A stretch of DNA of 64,000 nucleotides from Hydrolagus colliei. Its lineage: Eukaryota. Positions 51,746 to 64,000 of the stretch are shown piece by piece (within the stretch, counting starts at the first letter, position 1; each line of letters begins with the position of its first letter). A program made the translations under genes and the position numbers. The stretch is from contig CM068749.1 in NCBI GenBank assembly GCA_035084275.1, forward strand, positions 8,122,001 to 8,186,000, given 5' to 3'. The notes under the pieces were generated by a model. The model saw only the letters and a program-made list of their open reading frames with translations. It had not been told where the DNA came from and searched no databases.

Positions 51746-54700
51746 ACTACTTTGAAACTACTTAAAACATAAATTTACATGAAATAAAGTAAATTTAAAT
51801 GTTTTCAGTTTGCTTACCCTGCCTTCAGGCCCAAGGTCCCTTGATGCTAACGTTGTAAATTATAAAAAGGAAAAACAAAAGGCAGAGGAACTTAATATCA
51901 TTTATATTTGCACTGGATGCAGTAAATTGATTTTTTTTTCTATTGGCACAGTAGGCAGATAAATTTTCCCATTTTGTTCCTGACATTTTGCATTCATTGG
52001 GTAGACTGCAGGATGGTAGCTGAAACCCTGCCATGGATACCATTAATACTTTAGATACAGAGAACAATCTGTACATTGAAGGCTTTTTATTTCAGCAGAG
52101 AGTGCTTGTGCATTTAAATGATGGGATAAAAACCAATACCTTTTAGCGGCAATTTTTACTGCAATTTATCACCTGGAAGTAAACAGAATAATAACTGTTA
52201 AACATATAGAGCGCAATGCAGTGAAACTGGGTAACCCAGCAGCCACAATTATTAACCTTCATCTCTAGATATTGAAATCAGAACCCAGCTATGGGCCCAA
52301 AAGCAAATATAAAATACAGGAATAACATTTCATTAAAAGATAACAGATATTGGAACAATAATAATCCCTATATTTGATATTGGGACTACAAGATCTTAAT
52401 ATCTCAAAGCTTTTCACAAGTAATTGGTGTTAACGTAGTGACTGTATGTATTTGTGGGCAAACATGGCAGTCAATATGCACACAGCAATTGTTCCTTAAA
52501 CTACCTTGAAATGAATGACCAATTATTGAGGATTGTTGGCCAGAATTCCAGAAGAAACTCACGTTTCTATTCAAATAGTTTCATGTGAGAACCATAAAAG
52601 ATTTCAAAAAGACACTTTATTGGAAATTAAAAGCATTCAGCAATGTTAGATAATGAGAGTCTGGCAAATGAATCTTAAGGGAAATTGGATGGATACTGAG
52701 ACATACAACTGGTCTGAAACTCTTGCCTGAAACAGGGACTATGTTAAAAAGTGCACTGAAACCAAGATGTAAATTTTTATACTAAACCTTCTAAGATATA
52801 AGTTACTTACAGGCACATACATGTGAAAAAATACTTCACATTTGCAAGATTGAAATAGAAGCTCCCATTGCATGTTGTTCACGAAGAACATCTTTGATAG
52901 AAGATAGAGTGAACTTTAATAAGCTAAATTAATGTGCCTGGAAGGTATTTCTGATCATCAAATAGTGAACTATTCTCTGCCCAGAATAAGACTAGAAGTG
53001 GAGTTAAGTATGTCAGGAACAGTGACAGATAATAGAAGCACAAAATTCAAGTTATTCTTGAGAAAAATCAGTTCTGCTTTTCAGTGATTTGCTATTATCC
53101 CTGTTTATAGAGGACGACTGGAAATCTATGGCAAGACATACTAGACTAGATGAGGTGAGGGAGGTCATAGTGAGTTTACGTTGCAAATGTCAATTGATGG
53201 AGATGGCTTCCCAGCTGGGTTCTATAAGGCCTAGCCCCCTATTGTAAACTCCCAGATCCAAGAGTCCTTTTAGGTAAATGGATGAAAAAGAGATTACAGC
53301 CAAGAAAGACAAAACCTGGAGTCTTATTGAAGACTAACATCGACACTGTAACTAGAACAGTTTGACCAAGATTTTGATAGTATGTCTTGAGTCTTTGTTA
53401 AGAATTAACTGGAATTATTAGCTCAGATCAGGTGCCAATTTAATCATTCTATTTTTGCAGAACTCGATTGCGTCACCTGAAGGGTTACATTGGTGCTATC
53501 AGGGTAGATGATGAAGCAGGCAATGTTTGAGCTGATTATGGAACAAAATCCTTGCTTTATTTTAAGGAGCGTAAGAGGATTTGGGAAAGGAATCTCAGAA
53601 TAGTGGTATCAGTCGCAGTGTGATCAGTGCTGGAAATACAGTTAGGACGATTTACTCGAAATTAATGCAACAAAACATTTTATGCACAGAATACCGAAAG
53701 CTTATTCTGGTTAGGGCAGTTTCACTGATTAAGAATGACAAGTGACATTAGCTGAATGGAATATTGTCATGCACATGAGTGGAGTGTTCCAAAAGAAGGA
53801 GGTTTTGGTGGAGATGTTCTTAAACCTGGAGTGCTGTGGACTGGAAGATCCTTATTCCTTTGGTTAGGAGTAAATCTAATTCTTCATTAGATTGAATCAC
53901 AATCAAGGGATTAGAGGCAACACACACACGTCTGAATGAGTGAAGAATCAGAAGTAGTTAACTAATTTGGATGCTTCTTGTGAGGTCCGTCTTGCCTTGT
54001 TTCGTATCACTTTTTCCCACCATTTAAAGAGCCCCCTATTTGTTATTTGGTGGATCTAGGTTTCAGGATCCCTTCATTGACACTTTTAAGCAAAAGACAA
54101 CATAATGAATGAATCATTGTAATTAAGGTGGGAAGTGAAAGGGGGGTGTGGGTAGGTATAGTTCTGTTGCTCTGTTTAATGGTATTGAAGTTTCTAAATT
54201 GCTGCTTTTAAAATTAATTAAAACACCGAAACACTTATCAACATATCACATGGATAAGTTAGCCTGTGCTCACAAAGTAATTCAAATACTGATGATTAGA
54301 CAGACAGACAGAGCTGGAATTAGGGTTAGCATAGATAGCAGTTTGCATATTGTATTGCATGTTGATATTTCATATATTTTCTATACTGATAGAGTTCATG
54401 GGGATCCATAAATATGGAATCTTCCATGTACCTAGATGTGTCCCACAATGTTGACCAAGCTGAATTCCATGCAGACGTCAATATGCCAAACACCCTCTTT
54501 GCCTTCACAGATTCAGGACTGTGATTGCAGTCCAACATGAGTTCTATCAGAGGAAGAAATATTCAATAATAACAAAATTACATTTGTAGAGCGCCGTTCA
54601 CATCAGGAGGATGTCCAGGTGCCTTTTTACTAATCCAGGTATTAATCTAGGTACTAATCCAGATACCGAATCCTTTCACTAATCCCCGCAATTAGACTTT

Positions 54701-55539
54701 TACTTTGAGTTTAGACAAAGATGTTTAAACTAAAAAGGTAAAATGAGGCAGGGCAATTCTTAATTACAGTTCTCAATAATTAGTCTTCCCATTTCAGAAA
54801 GGTCACATTACTGTGACCGCATTGTATGGTTAAACCCCAAACAAGATTTCAAGACAAATAATGCTAATTTCTCATGCTGTGAAAGCCACAAAGTTTGATT
54901 CCTTCAAGAGCATGGTGTAAGCAAAAGTTTCAGATTTGGTTGTGGGACAGATAGGATTTTTGTGCAACAAGCTTAGTTAAAATGTGCTGTTTAGGACAAG
55001 AATCTATTGTGGAAGAGTGCACTTTAAATATTCACACAAGTTGCCAGTCTCAACTCATTCATACTAACAGTGCACTGCACTCAACAATGATATTAAGGCC
55101 AATAGGCTGCCCAGTTGAATTATACCATTTGAGAAAAGTGCCTTGCATCGAATGTAATTTTGTTAGAATGTTTACTGCTTGAAATAGACAGTATGGGCCA
55201 TCAGTTCCAGTTTTAAACTCGAATCTGTTTTAAAAGTAACATCAGCATCCTCTCTTTCATTTGTTATTGACATTACTGAGAAACTGGTTTGGAGGAGTTA
55301 ATGAGCCAAAAGTCTAAAGAAGCTGAATTAGCAGTGATACAGTCATCAACCCAGAGTGTTTGTGTTAGTGACTTTTTAACTGTGTCATGGAATGTTTCGG
55401 TGACATTATCAAATTCAAGGCTACTGCAAGCCAGTGATGTTGGAAATGCCACCAGTAGTCAGTTTAAATTTTAAAAGTAAATTAATAGGCAGAAAAGCAT
55501 ACTACAACTTCAATAAAGTGCATTGAATAGCATCGTTCA

Positions 55540-55720
55540 TGTTGGAGGATCTCTCGAGCACCGGACATTCAAGGCTTTGGACTCGCGCAAGGATTAGATT
55601 TGGGAGGTTTGGGGGCCAAAGGGGGATGGGATAGTAAGATGACCAGGGAAGAGGGAAAAAGGACTTTAAAGTAAGGAGTCCCAGAGAGTTCCATACATGC
55701 AGAATCTCAGAGTGCTTGAT
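55540..55720 (-). mobile_element. Decayed L2 3' end
   Basis: LHVWNSL in ORF 55502..55729, followed by pyrimidine-rich UTR-like sequence. A similar piece lies at about 60980-61160 (-). Confidence 0.5.
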
Positions 55721-56287
55721 AATTAACAATAATTTTTGTTATGGGAATTCAAAAATATATATTTAGCAACAACACTTGCCCTCTAAAGAAAATAATTTAC
55801 TGTTTTGTGGAACTACTACCTAGTTCCACAAAATATTAGAGGGTGAGGTATAAACATAGGATTAGATCTGCAAGCTTCTGAATGCTAGCGAGCATTTTAA
55901 ATAACACTTTTCAATGCAACTTCACATTTCATAAATTACACATGAAAAATAAAAAGAGCAAACAGTTGTAATCCTGGATACTTATTTTTCCAATTGCTCT
56001 TTGCTTGACCTCTGGATTCTTTGTCCACACCTAAATCAATATATCCTACTAAGCATTTTAATCAATGGTTCCAGACTGCTGTGTTTAAATATTAAATAAT
56101 AGATAAACCTTGCATATGATACCTTTCACTTCAGGACGATATCTCAAAGCACTTTACAGGATTTACTGTAAAGTGTAGTTACTGTGTATTTTGTAGACAA
56201 ACTAGGCAGCAAAGTTTGCACACAGTACTGTCTCACAAACAACTATGCATGAACTCGTCTTCCATTTCTTATGTTCCAATTAGGAAG

Positions 56288-56599
56288 ATAATAATAATCC
56301 TTGCATTTGATTTAGTGCTTTTCACGTCTTTTGGACATTTCAAATGCTTCATACAATATGCTGCAAAGTGAATTGACTATATATTTGGTGGGCGAAACAA
56401 GGCAGCCACCAAGGCAGAAACAAGGCAGTGCACAGCAGTGTCCCACAAACAGTCGTGGATTGAAATGACCAATTTTTTTTGAGGGATTATTATCAGGTAT
56501 GCGGAGTAAGGAAACTTGCCTAAGATTTCGCCCTGCTTGGAATTAAACTCAGGTCTCTCACTTCCAAAGCGAGTGCTCTAACCACTGAGCTACAGGACT
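56288..56599 (-). mobile_element. Full-length short-form SINE flanked by two further tails (56100-56245, 56807-56875)
   Basis: Head ...gcgagtgctctaaccactgagctacaggact; body and (TAA)n tail as in the other copies. Confidence 0.9.
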
Positions 56600-57597
56600 A
56601 TAGCTATTGGTGTAGGTGTAGGTATGGTAGTGGAACAGTTAAGGAGGGCTACTTTGCCAGACTGCAATATGTAGGGAATAAATATTGAAAATGCAATTAT
56701 TGTCCAGATTGGACAATGGATGGATGAAGCAGTAAGTGTTGATTCTTTCAAGCACAGATTAGATAGTTTCCTTTTAGGAAATAACATTATGGGTTATACT
56801 ACATCATAATAATAATCCTTGCAGTTGAAATAGTGCTTTTCACATCTCTAAGACGTCTCAAAGTGCTTCACAGAAGGCAGTTTGGAACATATGTGCATGC
56901 GATCACCAGGAAGGTGAACTAGATGGACCTTGGCCATTTTTCGTCTAGCGTTTCTTATGTTATATTTAAGTGAATGATCCAAAATTATGGCAGGATTAAA
57001 AAAATATCTATAGTACTGTACTTGGTTCGAGGGCATCAATCCAAAATTCCCAAAAGATCTTGCTGGTTTTACTCTGAGTTACTGAGCAGCAATTACTTGT
57101 ACGATTTGATTAGGATTGGATAGTGCAGCCCATCCAATGCTCAAAAGTACCCTCGACCTTCTGAGGGATTTGAAAAGCAAGTATAACTTCCAAACTATTT
57201 TTCTAACCTCTTGCATAGAAAACAAAATTACAACGTCTGGAACATCAATCTAAAATTACAATCTGCATTACTCAATGCTGTTTGGCTGCTTCACAAATGA
57301 CATTCCTCATCCCCCATCAGGACTGCAACCAGACTTTATCTATTTTCTGCTTATCATCAACAATTACAGTCTATCTTTTAAGGTAGCAAACTTTGCTACC
57401 ATGTTTGCCTACAAACTACAGTCACTACATTTACATAGCGCCTTTCACATGTGAACATATAAATGTACATTGGTATTGTATTTACCATAGTACTGTAAAA
57501 TACAGTACCATAGTAAATGCATGCTACAAAATAAGGGTTCCGTCAGCTGATCAATGGCATTGCTAAACCGATAGACATCTTTTGCCTGCTGACCAAC

Positions 57598-58162
57598 TGA
57601 ACAGAAGTGGCAAAGCATGTAAATGGCCATGGCCCGCTCATAATGGAACGACTGAATCGGCGAAAGCGACGTGAAAAGTTGAAGAAAACACTGCGTATAT
57701 TTAGCAACATGGCCGCCATTAGAATCATCTATGTGAACTTTTTGCTTTTGTACTGAGTGTTCACATGGTCTTGTTAGCCCTTGTTTTGTTCTTACAATGA
57801 TTTTTTGATTCTGTTGCAGACAGATGAGTTGAGTGTAACAATGTCTAGTACCAGTTGCTTCCTCCTCACTCCATCCATGTTATGAAAGACGTCGCACCAA
57901 ATATGGCGATGGATCATTATCTGCCATGAAAATAGTGGTACTCACATACACCAATCCTCTGGATGTCTAAATATAATTAAACCCATGTACTGAATACAAT
58001 TAAACCCATGTACTAAATACAATTCTCATCATTCGTCCACAGGTTTCAGTTGATGGTCAGTTTACTGTGTTAAAAGAAAAAATGGGGGTATGCTGTACAA
58101 CTGGAAGGAAGAATGACAGAATCACAAATACTACAAACACTCTACTGGAAAATGCTACAAAA
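57598..58162 (+). mobile_element. Possible PIF/Harbinger Myb/SANT-like gene fossil, including copy B of the 41123 repeat
   Basis: *TEVAKHVNGHGPLIMERLNRRKRREKLKK from 57598 resembles WxxIAxxxNxxGxxxRxxxQCxxKWxxLKK with both Trp codons decayed. Locally CpG-rich; acceptor-like sites end at 57819 and 58042. Confidence 0.4.
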
Positions 58163-59429
58163 CAAGCAAGATAGATGGCCTTCGCTGTAGAATCCCAGTC
58201 GCTCTTATTTTGTTGTTAGTGCATCTCCCAGCAGAGCAGCTAAAAGGGAGCAAGGATCCCACCAATCATGCTAATGCCTGTCTGGTGGCTTGGTTAGTTC
58301 CCAGTCCCTGTTTCTCAATCTCCACAGACTGTGCTAATCCCTCACAATAAACTGCTTGTAGCCAAGCCAGATATTTATTACTATTGATCAGCCTTGTCCC
58401 AGCTAAGACTTTTGTTCTCTGAGCTCTGGACTCTGACCTCAATTAAGTTATGAATTTCAATCCAATAGACTGCCTCACTAACTCCCCACTCTCTCTGACT
58501 GTAGCAATTATAATTAGCAAGCGTGCAAGTAGTGGAGAAAGAGTGAGGGAGAGAGAAGGTTTGTGGATTAATAATAAAGTGATAGTGGCCACAATCACCA
58601 AAATTATCCATTTGGACATTTAACTAGGAAAAAGCATTATTTCTGCAACCATAATTTTTAATGCTCTATAAATCAACCAGTGAAGTATATACATATTCAC
58701 AATATCAAACAAGGATGACATATCCATCAGAATGCTACCGTATGCCAGGACAAATTAGAAAATTTGTGTTGTGTTAATGTCTGAAGACTTAAAAGATTTA
58801 ATAGCATATGTCCACAACGACTTTGGAACTTGCCTCCTGTCTCTAATTTATTCTTTACTAAAACAGCCACAATTAAGCAAAGCTTCAAACAATGCAGAGC
58901 CCATTGGATTCCTGAGGACTGTGCCATAATAAAACCAAAGGCCTTGTAGTTTGGACATTTGCTTCATATCCCTGTGATCAGGGAAGTTTGATATCAGAAT
59001 TTACCAAGTGCACATGTGAAGAGTTTCATTAGCTCTTGACCTGGCCTGGGACTTGTTAGAAAAACAGTTAGATAATCTGCTGAAGGTGCTAAGGCATCAC
59101 AGCAATCTTGCAGTGGATTGTTTTAGGCACTTAACTAAGTCACACAGTCAGCAGGAATGTACAGGATTATATAGGAGGTTTAATTCTGGATTTTGAAAAC
59201 AAACTGGTGTTCAATATGTTAATAGAGTTTGAACACTAATATACTTCAGTTTGTCTCCCACTTCGGATGAGCATCTTAGATACAGTGAAGCACGTGGAAA
59301 TAAAAACATGAAGCCTGTAATTCTTGGTAAAATAGTTCATAAGATTCATCTTGAAAAAATACATAATTCATTAATCTCTTCACTTCTGGATAGTTTTAGC
59401 AATACTTATGATTTCAAGTTGCTTAGTGT

Positions 59430-59610
59430 GATAGACAAAGCCTTGCATAAAGTCGGCCAGAAAAGTGTAAAAAAATTAACATAATCAGAAAAGCAATAAA
59501 GGTGTGGTTTGAATTTGGATTCTCTGCCACAAACCATTCTTGAAGCAGAGTCCATATACTGTTTTAAATGGGAATTAACCTGATGCTTGAAAAAAAGATA
59601 TGGATTCAAT
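59430..59610 (+). mobile_element. Decayed CR1 ORF2 end
   Basis: IWILCHKP / DSLPQTILEAESIYCFKWEL (cf. WNALPEKVVEADSITTFKREL). Similar remnants at about 56720-56800 (+) and 26530-26620 (-). Confidence 0.6.
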
Positions 59611-60344
59611 TGGAAATTCTTTTTTCTCAGAGTCCTGTTAGTTTTCCATAAATGCAACAACAGGGAAAGTGTTATCTACACCTCAATGTATTAGCAGGAA
59701 AGTTGCAGAATGCCGGTATCTCTCTACTAGTAATGCATATCATTATTTAATAGATTAACATGAAGGAGTGAACTGACAGGTTCACACAGTAACTATTAAT
59801 GAATGATAAAGGAACATCTATAAATTACTTATTTGCTAATGATAAAACTAACATAGATAGAGCTTGCTTAATATTAGAATACGAAACATTAAATTTAGAA
59901 CTGAGGAGAATTATCAGCTCAAAGAATCCTATTCCAATTTATGAAATCCTATAGAATAGTTTGGTCACAACTGAGAAATGATGGCTCTATATCAACTTTT
60001 AAACTGCTAAATTGCAGATAACCACAATTCACTCAACATATCACTGCTAGAGTGCATTGCAACAAAAAGCCCAACTCCATTCTGCACAGTTCCAAGCATA
60101 TCAACATCTAAGGGAATCAAATGGCCATTTGAATGCAAACTTATACCAAGTGTTGGAGCAGTCTGAGTACTCAATCCTCGTAGTTTTCAACCACATAATC
60201 TGTGCCAGAAACCCCCCAAAAATGTCACCATGAGGACTGTGATCTAATGTGCCTACTTTTTATTGAAATGCATTTAAACAGAAAGTTCTTGTGTTATTGT
60301 GCTCAGCAATGCCAGAGCTGAATAACTCCAGGCTGCAGGGCATC

Positions 60345-60600
60345 ATATCAACCTGTTAGTTTCCGCCGTTCAGCAGGCTGTGGGCTACCCACATTACCCG
60401 CCCAGCCTGCCCCATCATCGGTGGTCGGGCCTTCAGCTTTTCTGTCCCCACCGTTCGGAATCCCATCCCAAATTCTCTTTGCCTCGCTCCCTCCCTTTCC
60501 ACCTTCAAGACGAATCTCAAAAACCCTCCTCTTTGATTGCGCCTTCAGCCATCCCCTCCTATCCTCCCTGCACTCCAACCTCCCTGATCCCTATAGCCAG
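60345..60600 (+). mobile_element. L2 3' end
   Basis: IIGGRAFSFSVPTVRNPIPNSLCLAPSLSTFKTNL / KTLLFDCAFSH. Confidence 0.85.
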
Positions 60601-63065
60601 CTTGGGTCCAATTCCCTGACTGTCCAGTGCCTTGGAAGTCCTCCAACGTGTTTGTATACGCAGTATACCAACATAATTTTGCACTGTAGCGTATTTTCCC
60701 TAATGGTGAATTTTCCGACCTTGCCAACCATATGCTTGTGAGAAGATCCCACTAGAAAGCATAATAAATTATCCTTGCAGTTAAACTAGCACCTTAGCAA
60801 GATTTTACTGTGAAATACAGTGATGTGTTTTTTTAGAACCTTATAAATTTATGGCACAGGCCATTTGCCCATTGCGTCTGTGCTGGCAAAGTAGGCCTGA
60901 TTAGTCAATGTAATCTGGCAATCATCATGTAGGCATTATACCATTAGATTTTCAAAAAATGGGAGAAGAAAATACCAACTCACTTATATAGCTCTTTTTG
61001 CCCCTGGAGGACGTCCCAAGGTAATGGACAGTCAAAAGATTCGCACCAGCTGGGGTTGGAATCTTGAGGGTGGAGGGGAATGAAGGTAGGAGCAGGAGGG
61101 TGACCAAAGGCACCATCGATGAGGAGGTTTAACAGAATGAATAGTTTGCTCAGCAACTCTGCCAAGCCACATCTCCAGCCAAAGTAAATACTGTTTACAT
61201 TGACTTATTTAAAATAAATCACAATTATTAACTTTTTTAAAAAAACGTATTAGCCCACTATAACAATAAAAATCAACTTATTTGATAGGCAGGGATACAT
61301 TTTACCAAGGTCTACATTTGCTGTTTTAGCATTTCAGAATTTCAGAGTGTCCGGGATTTAACAAATTGACAAATTTAGCCATAAATATTAAGTTAGCCAA
61401 GTATTTATCAAAAGATATTGCAGAAAAGTGACTTCAAAGGTAAAATTATGTTTGAGAATCACCAAATTCTGGATGCCCTGAAATGCTAAAAAGAGTAATG
61501 TCTGTTTCCCTAGTGCCCATAATGCTGAAACTCCACAAAGTATGTCAGACTATCCATGTTTGACTAACGTTTGCTAATGAATAACTCATTGCTGTAAAAA
61601 GCATTGGGCTTTAGCTACAACAACCACTAGCAGTCAGACGCAACAAGTTAAGAACAGAAGAGAAATAAATGAATTAACTTTGGATCTGCTTGTAATAGAA
61701 CAAGTGAGTGTAGTGTTGCATGCAGCCCGCCTAGAGTAAACCTCTGTGGATTAACGTAAATCTGTGGGCCTTGGGCGGCTCTCTAAAGGGTGTGCAGTGA
61801 GGTGTGTAAAGGCCAATGTGCCACTGGTGTCCTCTTTCGTGTCTATGAATAGCTGCTGTTTTCACACCTGAACTTTTTTGTCTTAGGTATACCTTTCCAC
61901 AGAACAGACAATACCACGGCAAATTACACAGATGATTTAACAAATCACTTTTAACAAATAAAGCTGCATTTAACCCTTTGCAAGTCTATCAGCATCTTTC
62001 AGCAGAACAATCCCTTCCTTTTTCCATATTTAATGACCCATTAAATCAACAGCCAGATTATTATGACTGATGATGAAAAGCACGTGCAGGTGGTGTAACT
62101 CTTGATAACCCTACACCCTGAAAAGGCCCATTTTGGTTAAAAAAAATAAGCCCTCTCCAGCTAGTGCTCGGCAGAGTTTACCCTTGGATGTTCAAGCGAG
62201 GCTTATTTGTGCTGATATATACCTCAGCAAATTGGATGCACAAAGAGACTGAAGGACACTGATTTGGAGATGTCAAGTTGGATACCGCCATGGTGCAGGG
62301 AGGTAGAACGCAGGTGGGTGTTGCAAAGACAATAAACGCAACCAGACATGGAAACTGTCTGAACAGTTTCCAACATCCCAGACTCTTTAACCTGGCTCTA
62401 GCTGAATGGAAACACTGACAGAGCCCTCTTCAGGTAATACTCCATTCAACTCCCATACGTCAACACTCCCCTTGAACGCTAGTTCAATTGATTCAGGAGG
62501 CCCCCTGCGTAATCTTCGACTTGTACCTTAGAGCCCCAAGAAAGAAAAAACTAATTAAACACACAGTTGGTTTAGCATGAGATAGTCTATTAATCACGGC
62601 CTCATTCACCCTAGGGACCTCCTCAAGTCCTGAATTTTCATGTTGTTGTTTTTGTGTGTAACTATCAGTGCAGGAACCAGAAACAAAGGTTTATGTTTTT
62701 GGTAATAAGGCTCAGTCCATACACCTCCCGCAATGTCCTGTAATAGTCTCCTATCACTCATCACCTATATTATGTCGTTTCTGCTATGCTATGGATGCCC
62801 AAAGCTTGATTTGTCCTACTGACTTGGAATCAGTCCACATCTACCATTACAATCTGCTACAAGTATCACATAAGTCTGATAATCAACAAGTCCTTTCTGC
62901 ATTTACAATAAATGCAATCCATATTTGTTCAGTGACCAAAGAGGTTAACCAAGAGAACAGAAACATATTTACACATTTTGGGACTTCAACCTGCTTCAAG
63001 TCTACTACTATGAAATGAAATACAAATGGATTTATGGGAGAACTCCTTTCATAATAATAATCATT

Positions 63066-64000
63066 GTAGTGAGCGGCTGTTTTTCAGATTGGAGGGAAGT
63101 GAGCAGTGGTGTGCCACAGGGATCGGTTTTGGGACCATTGCTGTTTGTAATCTACATCAATGATCTGGACTTGGGTGTACGGAGTACAGTTTCCAAGTTT
63201 GCAGATGACACTAAGTTAGGGAGAATAGTAAATAGTGAGGAGGATGGTAGCCATCTGCAAGAGGATATAGACAAATTGGTAAAGTGGGCAGACACATGGC
63301 AGATGAAGTTTAATGCAGAGAAGTGTGAGGTGATGCATTTTGGGAGAAGAAATGAAGGGAGGCAATATAGGCTGGATAGTAAAAATTTTAAATGGTGTGA
63401 AGGAACAGAGAGACCTGGGGATTTGTGTTAGTGACTCGTTGAAGGTGGCAGGACAGGTAGACAAGGCTGTTAAGAAGGCATATGGGATACTAGGCTTTAT
63501 AAATAGGGGTATAGAGTACAAAAGTCAGGAAGTGCTGACTAACCTCTATAAGACTTTGGTGAGGCCTCAGCTGGAATACTGTGTTCAATTCTGGTCACCA
63601 CACTACAGAAAGGATGTGAAGGCATTGGAAAGGGTACAACGAAGATTTACTAGGATGGTGCCAGGATTGAGGGACTTCAGCTATGAGGAGAGGCTAGATA
63701 GGCTAGGGTTATTCTCTCTGGAGCAGAGAAGATTGAGGGGAGACCTAATAGAGGTTTATAAGATCATGAGGGGTTTCGACAGGGCAAATAGAGAAAAACT
63801 ATTTCCACTCGTGGGTGAATCTGTGACTCGTGGTCACAGATTTAAAATAGTTTCAAGGCGAAGTAGAGGGGAGCTGAGGAGAAATTTTTTCACTCAGCGA
63901 GTTGTTCGAATCTGGAATGCATTGCCTGAAAAGGTGGTGGAGGCTGATTCGATAACAACTTTTAAAAGGGAGTTAGATCTTTATTTAGGGAGAACAGGTC
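63066..64000 (+). mobile_element. CR1 LINE ORF2 (RT core and C-terminus), 5'-truncated, young, runs off the window edge
   Basis: SGVPQGSVLGPLLFVIYINDL...KFADDTKL...WQMKFNAEKCEVMHFG. After one +1 shift at the A-run 63381-63385: EQRDLG...LYKTLVRPQLEYCVQFWSP...LERVQRRFTRM...TRGH...FFTQRVVRIWNALP, with no stop codons. Confidence 0.97.

Larger units (their letters stand above)
23820..64000 (-). other. ACBD6: ACBD6 preceding intron, more than 40 kb, running off the right edge
   Basis: Acceptor AG at 23821-23820. I could not find the expected upstream exon (GRALLHWACDRGH...ADINxQ-like) in 23.8-64 kb by eye. Confidence 0.7.

Noticed and set aside
52700-53650. Very decayed CR1 RT region (also about 45060-45330)
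   Set aside because: Only faint motif traces; too degraded to call with defensible boundaries.
63015-63431. 138-aa ORF as a host or novel reverse transcriptase gene
   Set aside because: It is a 5'-truncated CR1 ORF2; the first residues (MKYKWIYGRTPFIIII) come from flanking DNA.
23820-64000. Further ACBD6 exons (LLHWACDRGH exon, acyl-CoA-binding domain)
   Set aside because: Not found by eye on the minus strand. A TBLASTN with an ACBD6 protein would settle it.

Overview
AT-rich, CpG-depleted vertebrate genomic DNA, most likely a cartilaginous fish. The SINE/LINE repertoire resembles holocephalans such as Callorhinchus; this is inferred from recalled repeat families, not from a search. The only host coding sequence I can support is the last two exons of ACBD6 on the minus strand: a 31-nt exon (23789-23819, DDEGQTPLHY) and the terminal exon (13176-13330, ASACEFAEIVELLLDAGADPTIQDGEGCLPEEVTDCKDISKMIRQHTTSKG*). 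Neither is in the supplied ORF track. Everything right of 23820 appears to be one intron of more than 40 kb, and 1-13 kb is 3' UTR and downstream flank. In other vertebrates LHX4 lies tail-to-tail with ACBD6, so the repeat-free, homeobox-motif-rich blocks here are candidate LHX4 enhancers (inference). The rest is retroposon debris: about 30 tRNA-derived Deu-type SINE copies or fragments in three structural forms, L2 and CR1 LINE pieces, one young CR1 3' end, a decayed Ty3/Gypsy pol fossil interrupted by a minisatellite, a Tigger-like terminal repeat and a possible Harbinger Myb/SANT fossil. There is also an excess of perfect short hairpins. I see no convincing new multi-gene system; the best leads are the putative regulatory block, the SINE structural series, the transposon fossils and the hairpin excess. 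Repeat boundaries are approximate (read by eye).
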